Positions 28,529 through 36,993 of a stretch of DNA of 44,929 bases are shown piece by piece. The notes beneath the pieces are model-generated. The model was given only the letters and a program-made list of their open reading frames with translations, searched no databases and was not told the DNA's origin. Origin of the DNA: a virus (Duplodnaviria > Caudoviricetes); IMG/VR virus record IMGVR_UViG_3300034100_000004, positions 1 to 44,929 of that record; one strand, given 5' to 3'. Within the stretch, counting starts at the first letter, position 1, and the number at the start of each line of letters is the position of its first letter. The translations under genes were made by a program, and so were the position numbers.

Positions 28529-29536
28529 AAGGTTGCAGAATTGATTAGGACGTAGGATAATTTCACCGCATGGATTAACACCCCACTCATGATCACTATC
28601 TCGACCTATCTTAGCACACTTACGTCTGAATGCTTCCCTGTTTACAATACCCCTCTCACCTGCCTTACTCTTATACAGCGTACTCCACTCATTAAGGAAG
28701 GAGCGGAAGTCAGGCTTCTCTGTGTAAGCCACACTGTTGTTAGCCAAGGCACGTTGAGGATTCTCAAGATACCACTCACCATACTTAGCTGTACGCATAC
28801 GATCGTCAGAGAGATTAGACAGGCAGATACAGGCACTACGCCTTACCCCTCCAACCACAACCGTATCAGCAACGTAACACATTAGGTCATGGCACTCTAA
28901 ACTGTTTAACTTCCTTCCCCTTGCTCCCTTAAAGATTCGTATTGCATTTCTAAATAGACGCTCCAAAGGCTCAGGACCGCTTGCCCTACCTCCGAAAGTC
29001 TTGAGTCTACTTCCTGCTGGTCTAACTCTGGATACATCCCACTTAGGTTCCTTTCCCGAATAGAGGAGGCTAAGTAATTCACGGAGTGCTGAAGCCCATC
29101 CAATCTTTGAGTCAGATACTTTAATTGTTGTATCAGTTTCATAGATTTCCTCAGCAACTTCTGGTAAACGTTGGATGAACTGACGCTCTACAGAGTAGCC
29201 AACACCAGTACCACACAGTAGAATGTACATAGCCTCATCAAAAGCACGTGGATGATCTACTGGTAGGTATGCACAGTTATATCCAGCTACGTTGTCACGT
29301 TCTAGTGCCTTACCTGCGCTCATCAAGCAACGCATACTAGGCATTACTTCCAGATTGGTGATAGAATCTCGAAGGCTTTCCATACAATCAGTGTACTTAG
29401 GCATATCCATATCACGAAGAGTAAAAAAATCAAGATATCGTTGAACCGTTTCATCCCAAGTCTCCCTCCTCTTATCTTCCTCCCTCCATCGGGCATACCT
29501 TGATACGTGTATGTACTTCTGATAGTCAGTTTTCAT
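28529..29536 (-). CDS. nrdJ: Class II ribonucleotide reductase, exon 1
   Basis: SRYARW, PSMR, YNCAY, GTGVG.SVE, VGGVRRSA, NPCGE...CNL; no nrdB partner seen. Confidence 0.92.
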
Positions 29537-29878
29537 TCATACCCCATAGTTGTTAGTGCCTGCATACTCCATAGTTGTTAGTGCCTGATGCAGTAGGCTT
29601 GCAGATAGATCAACAAGTCCTTCGTTTTGATGCAAGTATTCCACATCCTCTGGAACATTACCCACATGGTATAAGATAAAGTGCATAAGTTCATGCAGGA
29701 ATGTTTGCTCAAGTTGTTCCTTATTTACAGGAACCAACTCTGAGGGTGGTCGTAGGATAATTCGATTCCTCCTATAATCAGCATACCCGTATACACCCTC
29801 CCTATCCTGAAAAAATGTTAGATCAAATTCTACAAGTATGGTCTGTGCAAACAGCTTAAAGCATGTTGGTACATTCAT
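29537..29878 (-). CDS. Small HExxH zinc-metallopeptidase-like protein
   Basis: G.ADY...I.L ... TFLHELMH ... E..VD. Confidence 0.65.
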   Translation of the reverse strand: MNVPTCFKLFAQTILVEFDLTFFQDREGVYGYADYRRNRIILRPPSELVPVNKEQLEQTFLHELMHFILYHVGNVPEDVEYLHQNEGLVDLSASLLHQALTTMEYAGTNNYGV

Positions 29879-30306
29879 ACACCACCACTCCCAGTAGAAC
29901 CAAACCCTCCCATATTTCTCTCAGTCATGCTCAACTCATCTACAACCTGTACTGACATTTGAGGACAAGGGATTAGCAAGAGTTGCGCGATACGCTGTCC
30001 CTTACGAATCTCCTTCCACGTACTATCATCATTCTGAATCATAACCAGAACCTCACCACGATAGTCAGAATCAATCACACCAGCATGTGTATAGAAGTAA
30101 TCCATAGCCATACTGCTGCGATCCTTAATGATACCAACATAGCCAGGAGGAATCTCTACAGCTACACCAGTACGTACGCATACCTGATCACCCTGACCAA
30201 TCACAATAGATTCATAGGAGTATAGATCAAGTCCAGCAGCAAAGGTACTCTTATACTCTGGCACATTGGAATCAGCACACAACTTCTTTACCTTAATCCA
30301 GTTCAT
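29875..30306 (-). CDS. dut: Trimeric dUTPase
   Basis: AGLDL, RSS, GVIDSDYRGE, RIAQL and R..GGFGSTG motifs. Confidence 0.95.
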   Translation of the reverse strand: MNWIKVKKLCADSNVPEYKSTFAAGLDLYSYESIVIGQGDQVCVRTGVAVEIPPGYVGIIKDRSSMAMDYFYTHAGVIDSDYRGEVLVMIQNDDSTWKEIRKGQRIAQLLLIPCPQMSVQVVDELSMTERNMGGFGSTGSGGV

Positions 30307-30458
30307 ACCACATCCTCCTCATCATCCTCAAACTCTGAGGTATCCACGATGTAGAGATTACCCTCAAAGGAATAACCATTGTCTGTTAGAAACTCCTCAA
30401 AGGAGTCCAGTACATGATCCAATGCATCCTCATTATTAAATCTAAATGTCTTTATCAT
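30303..30458 (-). CDS. 51-aa acidic protein
   Basis: Read manually; ATGA-coupled on both sides. Confidence 0.65.
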   Translation of the reverse strand: MIKTFRFNNEDALDHVLDSFEEFLTDNGYSFEGNLYIVDTSEFEDDEEDVV

Positions 30459-30802
30459 ACTGCCTCCTTATATACTGGATTAATCTGTGGGGTATACACC
30501 AAAGTTGGTCCGACATTGTAATGAAAATCTGTTATATCTTTCTTTTCTAATACTGATAGGAACAGAAGGTTACACATAGCATGGGCATAGTGTGGGAAAC
30601 CACTTTCAGGATCAATCTCTTCCTGCCCAATCCAGACAGCCATAAGGTGACGCATCATAGCATCACGATACCGTTCTGGATTAACAGAACGCCAATTATC
30701 TGCTCCATATTTTTTAGCACCAAACTCAAGTACCTTCACCACCTCTTCAACAGAAGCAAGTGGAAGAAGTGACCATCTAATCTTGTCCTTATCAAATTTC
30801 AT
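30455..30802 (-). CDS. dATP/dGTP diphosphohydrolase domain protein (DUF5664-like)
   Basis: K.D..K.RW.LLP, FGAKKYG..NW, A..RHL, DPESG..H.AHA.CN..FL. Confidence 0.85.
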   Translation of the reverse strand: MKFDKDKIRWSLLPLASVEEVVKVLEFGAKKYGADNWRSVNPERYRDAMMRHLMAVWIGQEEIDPESGFPHYAHAMCNLLFLSVLEKKDITDFHYNVGPTLVYTPQINPVYKEAV

Positions 30803-31020
30803 ACATCAGTCCTCTCTAATGCAACCTTAGTCTTATTAACATACCCATCCTTAGCCCACCCCTCACCCTTTAGGTGAAAGGTACATGGTACAATCATACG
30901 CTCAACAGTACCACGACAACGTGAACAACACTGCAAGGTGGGATGATCCCTGTCATTTACAGGTTGTGTTTGTTCAAACATGAAGTGACAGGAACTACAT
31001 CGGTATTGATATACTGGCAT
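30799..31020 (-). CDS. FmdB-family zinc-ribbon protein
   Basis: MP.Y.YRC..C...FE ... C..C.G...R ... F.LKG.GW..DGY. Confidence 0.8.
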   Translation of the reverse strand: MPVYQYRCSSCHFMFEQTQPVNDRDHPTLQCCSRCRGTVERMIVPCTFHLKGEGWAKDGYVNKTKVALERTDV

Positions 31021-31021
31021 A

Positions 31022-31186
31022 CTATTTTTCCTCATAGATAATACGATCTACATTATTAGGATGGTAGGTTATACCAAGTAGTGCTGGCTTAATCAGTCCT
31101 TCTAGCATCTCATGGATACCCAAATCATCCTGATCAACTTCAACGGATACACTACCATAGCAATTCTTGATTGTGATTGAAGTCAT
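31022..31186 (-). CDS. 54-aa hypothetical protein
   Basis: Read manually (MTSITIKNCYGSVSVEVD...). Confidence 0.55.
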   Translation of the reverse strand: MTSITIKNCYGSVSVEVDQDDLGIHEMLEGLIKPALLGITYHPNNVDRIIYEEK

Positions 31187-31275
31187 TTCCACATACTCCA
31201 TGTGTGATATAGATTAATAATAGTACCAATGGTAAAACAGATTGCTCCAATTAGAAATAGGAATTGTGCTAACAT

Positions 31276-31434
31276 CTAATCCTCCATGTCCCTACGTTCA
31301 GTATACCATCCACCACAAATGCAATCATATCTATTAGTGGCAAAGCACATGCATACATATGCTGGTATTCTATCACCATTCTCATCTACCAAGTATTCTC
31401 CTGATGAATCAAGATGCCAATCTGTATTCTCCAT
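31276..31434 (-). CDS. Small Cys-rich protein (C.C.A....C.CG.W)
   Basis: 3' part of ORF 31276-31536; start at MENTDW right after the thyX-like stop. Confidence 0.6.
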   Translation of the reverse strand: MENTDWHLDSSGEYLVDENGDRIPAYVCMCFATNRYDCICGGWYTERRDMED

Positions 31435-31435
31435 A

Positions 31436-32017
31436 CTAATCCCTCTTTGGTAGGAGTTCGGGATGTTCACATTGTGCATACACATTATCAATGAACATAT
31501 GCCATTCAGGTAACTTATGATTCTTACGTTGTTCAATAATGCAACGAAGAACTGCGTAGTTGAGTGTCACTACACGGCGTTGCAAATATGATTCAGGGAG
31601 GTATTTTTTCATTTCCCCAATTGAATTAATGTATCGACCTTTAGCTTTATTAAAAAGCCCAACTTCTTCTTGTTGTATATCTTGCTCTATTCCTTGTTCA
31701 AGGTCATATACATCCATATCCCTCCTCATCAGAGTGTGCATGGTACTCTCAGACTGAGCAACCGTACTAACCTTGTACGTGTCAAATTCCGACCACCAAT
31801 ACCGAGGAGCTTCTACCGATAGGTATACTGCGATCTGTCGTAAGAACTTATCATGCCCCAACCCCCTTCCAGCATTAGATGCTAGTGTCTTACTTATTTT
31901 TTCATACCTACTCTTAGTCCACCACTCAGTCATCGGGATAGCCCTATCTTTAAAGGATAGTGACATACCCATAGCAGCAAACTCGTGCCCATACTCACCA
32001 AGAACTATAACTTCCAT
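31436..32017 (-). CDS. ThyX-like (flavin-dependent thymidylate synthase fold) protein, non-canonical
   Basis: H.KFLR...V....APR.WW.EFDTYK.....SESTMH ... LP....Q.R....NY..L......R..H.L.EW. Confidence 0.7.
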   Translation of the reverse strand: MEVIVLGEYGHEFAAMGMSLSFKDRAIPMTEWWTKSRYEKISKTLASNAGRGLGHDKFLRQIAVYLSVEAPRYWWSEFDTYKVSTVAQSESTMHTLMRRDMDVYDLEQGIEQDIQQEEVGLFNKAKGRYINSIGEMKKYLPESYLQRRVVTLNYAVLRCIIEQRKNHKLPEWHMFIDNVYAQCEHPELLPKRD

Positions 32018-32092
32018 GCTATATCCTCCGAAGATAAGAAGCAGCTTTAATTAACAGTAGTGGATTACTTCTACCATACCCAACTTTAAAAA

Positions 32093-32244
32093 TTGCAAGG
32101 CACTCCAGGTCGCTACAGTGTCGATGGATTTCATGCGGGTAATACCTCGAAAGGCCCACCATCTCTAGTTGATCCCATTTAGGATTTTCATCAACGCCCC
32201 GACATACGTCTTAGTGCCGCCTGTCCCTCGATGATGCCTTGCAA
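32093..32244 (-). ncRNA. Candidate structured RNA, family unknown
   Basis: Intergenic; 10-bp closing stem enclosing at least three hairpins; G.U pairs form only on the minus strand. Confidence 0.55.
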
Positions 32245-32250
32245 ACTGCG

Positions 32251-32415
32251 TTAATCTTCGTACCTTTCACACAATAGGGTAAAGAGTGCCTCATCCTCAA
32301 GATAGTAATCAAGAGCCTCAACTAAATCCTCAGTAGTTGGTTCCAGTATATCAAGAATATCATCAGGACTCTCTCTCTCCTTCATCCTATCCTTCAATTC
32401 TTCTCGTGTAAACAT
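32251..32415 (-). CDS. 54-aa acidic protein (MFTREELKDR...)
   Basis: Read manually; TGATG coupling. Confidence 0.65.
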   Translation of the reverse strand: MFTREELKDRMKERESPDDILDILEPTTEDLVEALDYYLEDEALFTLLCERYED

Positions 32416-32567
32416 CAGTCGTCTACCTCGATCGTGAGTCGGATATAAGAGCTTCCCTCTTTCAACTCTGCCATATGTTCTTCAGCCTCTTGGTACGTCT
32501 CATAGTCCCACACTTGAAATAAATTATTGGTCTGATCAACAATGTGGTACAAAGTATATGTAGGCAT
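32415..32567 (-). CDS. 50-aa hypothetical protein
   Basis: Read manually; AAGGAG RBS. Confidence 0.6.
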   Translation of the reverse strand: MPTYTLYHIVDQTNNLFQVWDYETYQEAEEHMAELKEGSSYIRLTIEVDD

Positions 32568-32590
32568 ACGTCTCCTTAATTATTTTGTAA

Positions 32591-33307
32591 TTAGATGGTA
32601 CCAATCCAACGTCCAGCCTTATTCAATTTCATTGTGAATAGGTAGGGCTTACCACCAATGATAGCTGCACACCCAAGCATAGGGCGTATGATACTCATCT
32701 TGTTATAAGCGAAGGCGTATGAACTATCCTCAATCAAACATCCAGTATCTATAGCGAAGAGTGACTGATGTGGTGTTGAGAAGTAATTGATTGCATGCTT
32801 ATTGTGATGATGCCCCACCACTGCATTCATTGCTACGGCCTTTGCTAAGGCCAGTGTATTCTCTCCTTTCGTATGGGTTATATAGAGGTGCTGCTTATTA
32901 CTCAACCTCAAAGTATAATCATTTACCCACTTCCAATTATACTTATCAGCTTTAATCAACTCGTTGTAAGGTCGAACCATCTCCTTAGGTATACCAGCAG
33001 TCCTACTTCTCTTATACACACGATCATCGTGGTTACTACTAACGATTATCATATCTGGGAAGAGAGAACCAAGTACCTTAACATCATTCCATACCTTACG
33101 CATCTCCTGCCCAACACCATCAGCTTCTGGAGTCTTAGGATAGGAGGAGAAGACATACTGATCTGTCAAGTCTCCCACATGAAACACACGTTCAGGTTCC
33201 ACTACTTCCTTCACCTTCTTCAAGAATGCTGGTGCATCCTTATGCATATAGGGGAGGTGGGTATCTGAAATAAATAACAATCGTTCATTACGATAGGCTT
33301 TCTGCAC
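32591..33307 (-). CDS. Calcineurin-like metallophosphoesterase
   Basis: SDTH.PY, GD..D, SNHD, H and GHHH motifs. Confidence 0.88.
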   Translation of the reverse strand: MQKAYRNERLLFISDTHLPYMHKDAPAFLKKVKEVVEPERVFHVGDLTDQYVFSSYPKTPEADGVGQEMRKVWNDVKVLGSLFPDMIIVSSNHDDRVYKRSRTAGIPKEMVRPYNELIKADKYNWKWVNDYTLRLSNKQHLYITHTKGENTLALAKAVAMNAVVGHHHNKHAINYFSTPHQSLFAIDTGCLIEDSSYAFAYNKMSIIRPMLGCAAIIGGKPYLFTMKLNKAGRWIGTI

Positions 33308-33688
33308 TCATGCATCCTCCTTGTATGGAGTAATAGAATATGATAAGAACTCTTCACCCTTCTTTACTAGAACCTTCTCCACAAGGAGACGGAAGATTCT
33401 CTTATCGTTAAACTTATAAACACTCTGCAATATATCCTGCAAAGGTTTAATTGGGTTATCAACATCCGCACTGTTATTACTGAACCCAAAGATAAAGGAA
33501 ACTGTTAGCCTACCTTTATCCCATAGTGGTTCTCGATCTTCAATACAGGATGCTATTGCTTCCTCATATCTCCTATAATCAGCACTCTTTCTCTTCTTAC
33601 CCAACCAACACTTGTTGACTGAGAGGGGCTTGATCTGTATGGTTCCAGTAACTTCCTCCTTACTCCTTTTCTTTAGTTTTCTTATCAT
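33308..33688 (-). CDS. RusA-like Holliday junction resolvase
   Basis: P.SVN..W, D.DN..K...D.L and ND..I motifs; start uncertain. Confidence 0.8.
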   Translation of the reverse strand: MIRKLKKRSKEEVTGTIQIKPLSVNKCWLGKKRKSADYRRYEEAIASCIEDREPLWDKGRLTVSFIFGFSNNSADVDNPIKPLQDILQSVYKFNDKRIFRLLVEKVLVKKGEEFLSYSITPYKEDA

Positions 33689-34358
33689 AGTCCTTGCTCT
33701 TGTTTGGATGCGTTTGCCACCAGAGTTTAACAAGGGTATTGAAAACCTCCTTATCATCTTCATAAGTCTTAGATGTATCTCTCCATTGCCAGATACTAGG
33801 TTGCTTCTTATCAATCCTGAGTATCCCACAACCTTCGGCATCAGGATAGCACTGGCGATAAGCTGCAATCTGATAAGAGTAATCCTTACCTAGATAATTA
33901 GAAGTCTTCCAATCAAGAACATATTTCTTTTTCTTCCCCTTAACAGTAATGTACCCATAGAAATCACAGGTTCCTGCGTATCGATCAGTGATTAATCTAT
34001 CCTCTGTCTTAATAGGCTCTGGCTTGTACTCCTCAGCCCACTGTAAGAAGGAAGCAAAGGCCATGTTACCAGCCTCGCTAGTCTCACCACCATACTCATG
34101 GCCCCATAGGTACTGCTCGATACGTTGATGTACCTCACTACCAATATCACACGCTGCTTGACTTAGATTTCTGTATTCATTAGGAGCTTCATAACAGGTA
34201 GCTTCCAGCTCACTACCATCCCCCACTTGCTGAAGAATATAAAGGGCAGTCTGATTAGCTGCCCACTTCATCAACCCCTCACTCTTATCTAATTGTCCTA
34301 TTACTGTCGTAACACTAGGAACATCCCGCCCCTTGTGATCCTGATAATATCTACTCAT
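33660..34358 (-). CDS. PD-(D/E)XK exonuclease (RecB/Cas4-like)
   Basis: PSVTT, GS.VH..IE, E....YAGT.D, DWKTS and Q..AY motifs. Confidence 0.85.
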   Translation of the reverse strand: MSRYYQDHKGRDVPSVTTVIGQLDKSEGLMKWAANQTALYILQQVGDGSELEATCYEAPNEYRNLSQAACDIGSEVHQRIEQYLWGHEYGGETSEAGNMAFASFLQWAEEYKPEPIKTEDRLITDRYAGTCDFYGYITVKGKKKKYVLDWKTSNYLGKDYSYQIAAYRQCYPDAEGCGILRIDKKQPSIWQWRDTSKTYEDDKEVFNTLVKLWWQTHPNKSKDYDKKTKEKE

Positions 34359-34368
34359 ATACCTCTCC

Positions 34369-34524
34369 TCAGCATGATTGGTCACATGGGCTTGCACCAC
34401 AAATCTCACAAATTAATGGAGACCAGAAGCATCCCTCTACTGCATCTCCATCAGCATTAACCGGCTCATCACATGCAGGACATACTCCTACTGCTTCACC
34501 ATAGTTCCATCCATCACAACACAT
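34369..34524 (-). CDS. Small Cys-rich zinc-finger protein (MCCDGW...CP.C...C..CG..PCD.SC)
   Basis: GGAG RBS just after the tRNA; the longer ORF call overlaps the tRNA. Confidence 0.65.
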   Translation of the reverse strand: MCCDGWNYGEAVGVCPACDEPVNADGDAVEGCFWSPLICEICGASPCDQSC

Positions 34525-34542
34525 ACCCCTATCTCCTATAAA

Positions 34543-34628
34543 TGGTGGGAATGAAGGGAGTCGAACCCTTATGATCATAGATCGTGGGATTTTAAGTCCC
34601 ATATGTCTACCAATTCCATCACACTCCC
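34543..34628 (-). tRNA. tRNA-Leu (anticodon UAA)
   Basis: GGGAGTG acceptor stem, D-loop TGGTA, anticodon arm TGGGA-CTTAAAA-TCCCA, long variable arm, GGTTCGA T-loop, encoded CCA. Confidence 0.93.
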
Positions 34629-34754
34629 ATGTGATATGCCTTCATCATACGACAGATACGCCTCCACTGTCGATGATAGTAAAGTCCTCCCCTCCAAGGC
34701 TTCCAACCATAGTAGCACAAGGAAGAGAGGATTTGGATTAGACGATAGCCCTTC

Positions 34755-35201
34755 TTATTCACTGAAAAGCTCGTCTTCACTTACTTCTGCTGGCGATACC
34801 ATACCCAACTCACTACCATCAGCAGGTTTATTATTATACTCTACCAACTCAATAATCTTAACACCCTGCAAGTCTGCCCTAATCCCGCTCTTATTCATAT
34901 ACTTCCACGGTTGGATATCGCACTGTACTGCAACCACACTACCATTACCAATAAGTACATCAGTAGAATTACCATCCTTATCCAAAAGTACTGGCTTTCT
35001 ATTACTACTACCATCCTTCTTATGAGTCTTACGCTTAATAGTGTATCGTGCCTTACCCTCTACCATCTTAGGTTTCAACCCTGCTTCCTGCAACTGAGTG
35101 CTGGTAGCTGCATCAACCTCCAAGGTGATAGTCCATACAGGCTCAAAGGTAGTGTTCGGTACATTCACAGCTGCCCAATATGCTACGCCATTAATAACCA
35201 T
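34755..35201 (-). CDS. Single-stranded DNA-binding protein (T7 gp2.5-like)
   Basis: G.AYWA.V..PNT.F, IGNGS.V.V, LQGV.I..LVEY and an acidic tail with Phe. Confidence 0.85.
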   Translation of the reverse strand: MVINGVAYWAAVNVPNTTFEPVWTITLEVDAATSTQLQEAGLKPKMVEGKARYTIKRKTHKKDGSSNRKPVLLDKDGNSTDVLIGNGSVVAVQCDIQPWKYMNKSGIRADLQGVKIIELVEYNNKPADGSELGMVSPAEVSEDELFSE

Positions 35202-35277
35202 GTTCTTACTTCTCCTTTCTTTTTATTTATAAGAAGACTACTTACATACTTACACTGTAATTAATACTCTTAACTAT

Positions 35278-35305
35278 ATTATACCATAGTTTTAGAATGA
35301 TGCAA
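35278..35305 (-). promoter_or_regulatory. sigma70 promoter upstream of ssb
   Basis: TTGCAT-N16-TATAAT with TGG extension. Confidence 0.65.
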
Positions 35306-35325
35306 TAATTATTTTCTTCTGGATA

Positions 35326-35511
35326 CTATGACTCTGTGTTATCCGGTCGTCCGTGGATAAAGTAACCCGCTACATATGCGATCAGGCCAAGGCAACTAGA
35401 GCATAGCAGAATAGGCATTTCCGCTACAGTAAGATCAGCCTCTACTGTCCACCAATATGTGAAGGACGCAATACCGATTGTATACCATACCACGCATAGT
35501 AAGTACCACAT
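35326..35511 (-). CDS. Small two-TM membrane protein
   Basis: AAGGAG RBS before MWYLL; two hydrophobic segments. Confidence 0.6.
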   Translation of the reverse strand: MWYLLCVVWYTIGIASFTYWWTVEADLTVAEMPILLCSSCLGLIAYVAGYFIHGRPDNTES

Positions 35512-35553
35512 GATTATTCTCCTTATAGATTTGTTAATATAGAACACACTAGA

Positions 35554-36684
35554 TCAATGAGTTTGGCTCCAATCATTCCCACATTTTGCATCACCCAAGA
35601 TAGGTACGTTATAATTAAAGTACTGTCCTGCTTTCTCTAAAGAAGCTAGGGCCAACTTAATGTACTCCTCTTCCTGTCCCTCTCTTACCTCACACTGCCA
35701 CTCATCATGCTGTTGAATAAGTAAGCGGTAATCAATACCACTCTTAGGCAACCACTTAGCAAATAGGAAACACATAGCAGCCTTAACAAGGATTGCTCCA
35801 TCGCTCTGAAATTTCAGATTAACTAGGCTATGCTCACTTCTTCCATATAATTTTCTACCATCCAATCCTCTTATGAAACCACCATGCTTTCCTCCATTCT
35901 TTCTAAATTCATCAATCACACTATCCTTGAACTCAGCGAGTGCTGTATTACCTGTCCAGAATAAATCAAATAACTCTTGTGCTCTCTCTAATGTACATCC
36001 ACATGTCTGTGCTAACTTAGGCGGATACCCTCCGTAAGTTAGACAATATTTGGGAGCCTTCGCACCATCCCTATCAGTTCCAAATATTGCAGCGTTAAAG
36101 GCATGTACATCCCCATCTACAAGGGTGTGTGCATACTCCTGACCTCCTGTAAATGGGAAGCAGTTGTGTGCCTCTGTACGTGCCTCTAATGCCTTAGCAT
36201 CCACACCTATCATAGTATAACCAGGGGATGCAATGAATAGGGAACGCATAGCTTCTCCATACGGAACCTTCGGACTAGCCTTTGGTACATTCACAACCAC
36301 ACTATGTCTGAACCTACCAGTATTACATGCTTGAGGTACAGCACATGCTTCAATCCTCCCATCTTCTCTGATATTTGATAACCACCCCTTATTCTCAGGG
36401 TCTTTAAGATTGCTAATGGTACCCCTACGATGCAGCAGTACTGAACGTCTAGCTACTAGCTTAGGTATATCTCCATCAACACTATCAAAGCTATCCTCCG
36501 TCAGTTTAGGACTGGTCTGTACCTTGTTACCTCTCTCGTCATATACCCATCGCTTACCATCCTTCTTATAATTCCATTGGGTAGGTTGCCATCCTTGAGA
36601 TAGGAGATAGTTTTTAATCTGTGCATCACTGTTCAGGTTAATTACATTGTAGTTAATCCGAGTGAATGGGCCTTTAATATTCAT
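35554..36684 (-). CDS. Family A DNA polymerase, polymerase (C-terminal) part
   Basis: TGR..H, motif A D...LE.R, motif B R..AK...Y...YG, motif C HDE. Confidence 0.92.
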   Translation of the reverse strand: MNIKGPFTRINYNVINLNSDAQIKNYLLSQGWQPTQWNYKKDGKRWVYDERGNKVQTSPKLTEDSFDSVDGDIPKLVARRSVLLHRRGTISNLKDPENKGWLSNIREDGRIEACAVPQACNTGRFRHSVVVNVPKASPKVPYGEAMRSLFIASPGYTMIGVDAKALEARTEAHNCFPFTGGQEYAHTLVDGDVHAFNAAIFGTDRDGAKAPKYCLTYGGYPPKLAQTCGCTLERAQELFDLFWTGNTALAEFKDSVIDEFRKNGGKHGGFIRGLDGRKLYGRSEHSLVNLKFQSDGAILVKAAMCFLFAKWLPKSGIDYRLLIQQHDEWQCEVREGQEEEYIKLALASLEKAGQYFNYNVPILGDAKCGNDWSQTH

Positions 36685-36883
36685 CTTTCAAATCCCTAAA
36701 CATTGTACCACAACCGTTGCGACAGCACCTATTGTCTGCACCTTTTACATATCCAGCATACCCATCGGTAAGTTCCCACCATCCTCCATCATGTGGGCAA
36801 CATTTCTCACACACCGTTGAGTGGTTGTGATCATAGCTGTACCATCCAGTACCATTACATTTAGAACAAATACCATTTTCCAT
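36674..36883 (-). CDS. Small Cys-rich protein between the polymerase halves
   Basis: GAGGAG RBS; C..C.G.G, C..CC.H and CC..GCG. Confidence 0.65.
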   Translation of the reverse strand: MENGICSKCNGTGWYSYDHNHSTVCEKCCPHDGGWWELTDGYAGYVKGADNRCCRNGCGTMFRDLKDEY

Positions 36884-36897
36884 CACATTGATTCTCC

Positions 36898-36993
36898 TCA
36901 ACAAGCATTGAATGATGCCGTTGCATACACAACAGCAGAGTCATATGTGTCGTAGTCGTTATTCACTACCTGATAAATTCTATAAATTTTCAT
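36898..36993 (-). CDS. 31-aa ORF MKIYRIYQVVNNDYDTYDSAVVYATASFNAC (possibly an internally deleted remnant)
   Basis: Read manually; GGAGG RBS. Confidence 0.45.
   Translation of the reverse strand: MKIYRIYQVVNNDYDTYDSAVVYATASFNAC

Noticed and set aside
34543-34628. tRNA as attP or sign of a temperate lifestyle
   Set aside because: No integrase or repressor recognised; the tRNA is complete and lies within an operon
34603-35264. Plus-strand ORFs 34603-35025 and 34911-35264, and other antisense ORFs in the track
   Set aside because: Shadow ORFs opposite well-supported genes or the tRNA, with no recognisable motifs
36685-36979. Intron or intein splitting the DNA polymerase
   Set aside because: No P/Q/R/S elements or intein termini; the gap is filled by two small ORFs with RBSs
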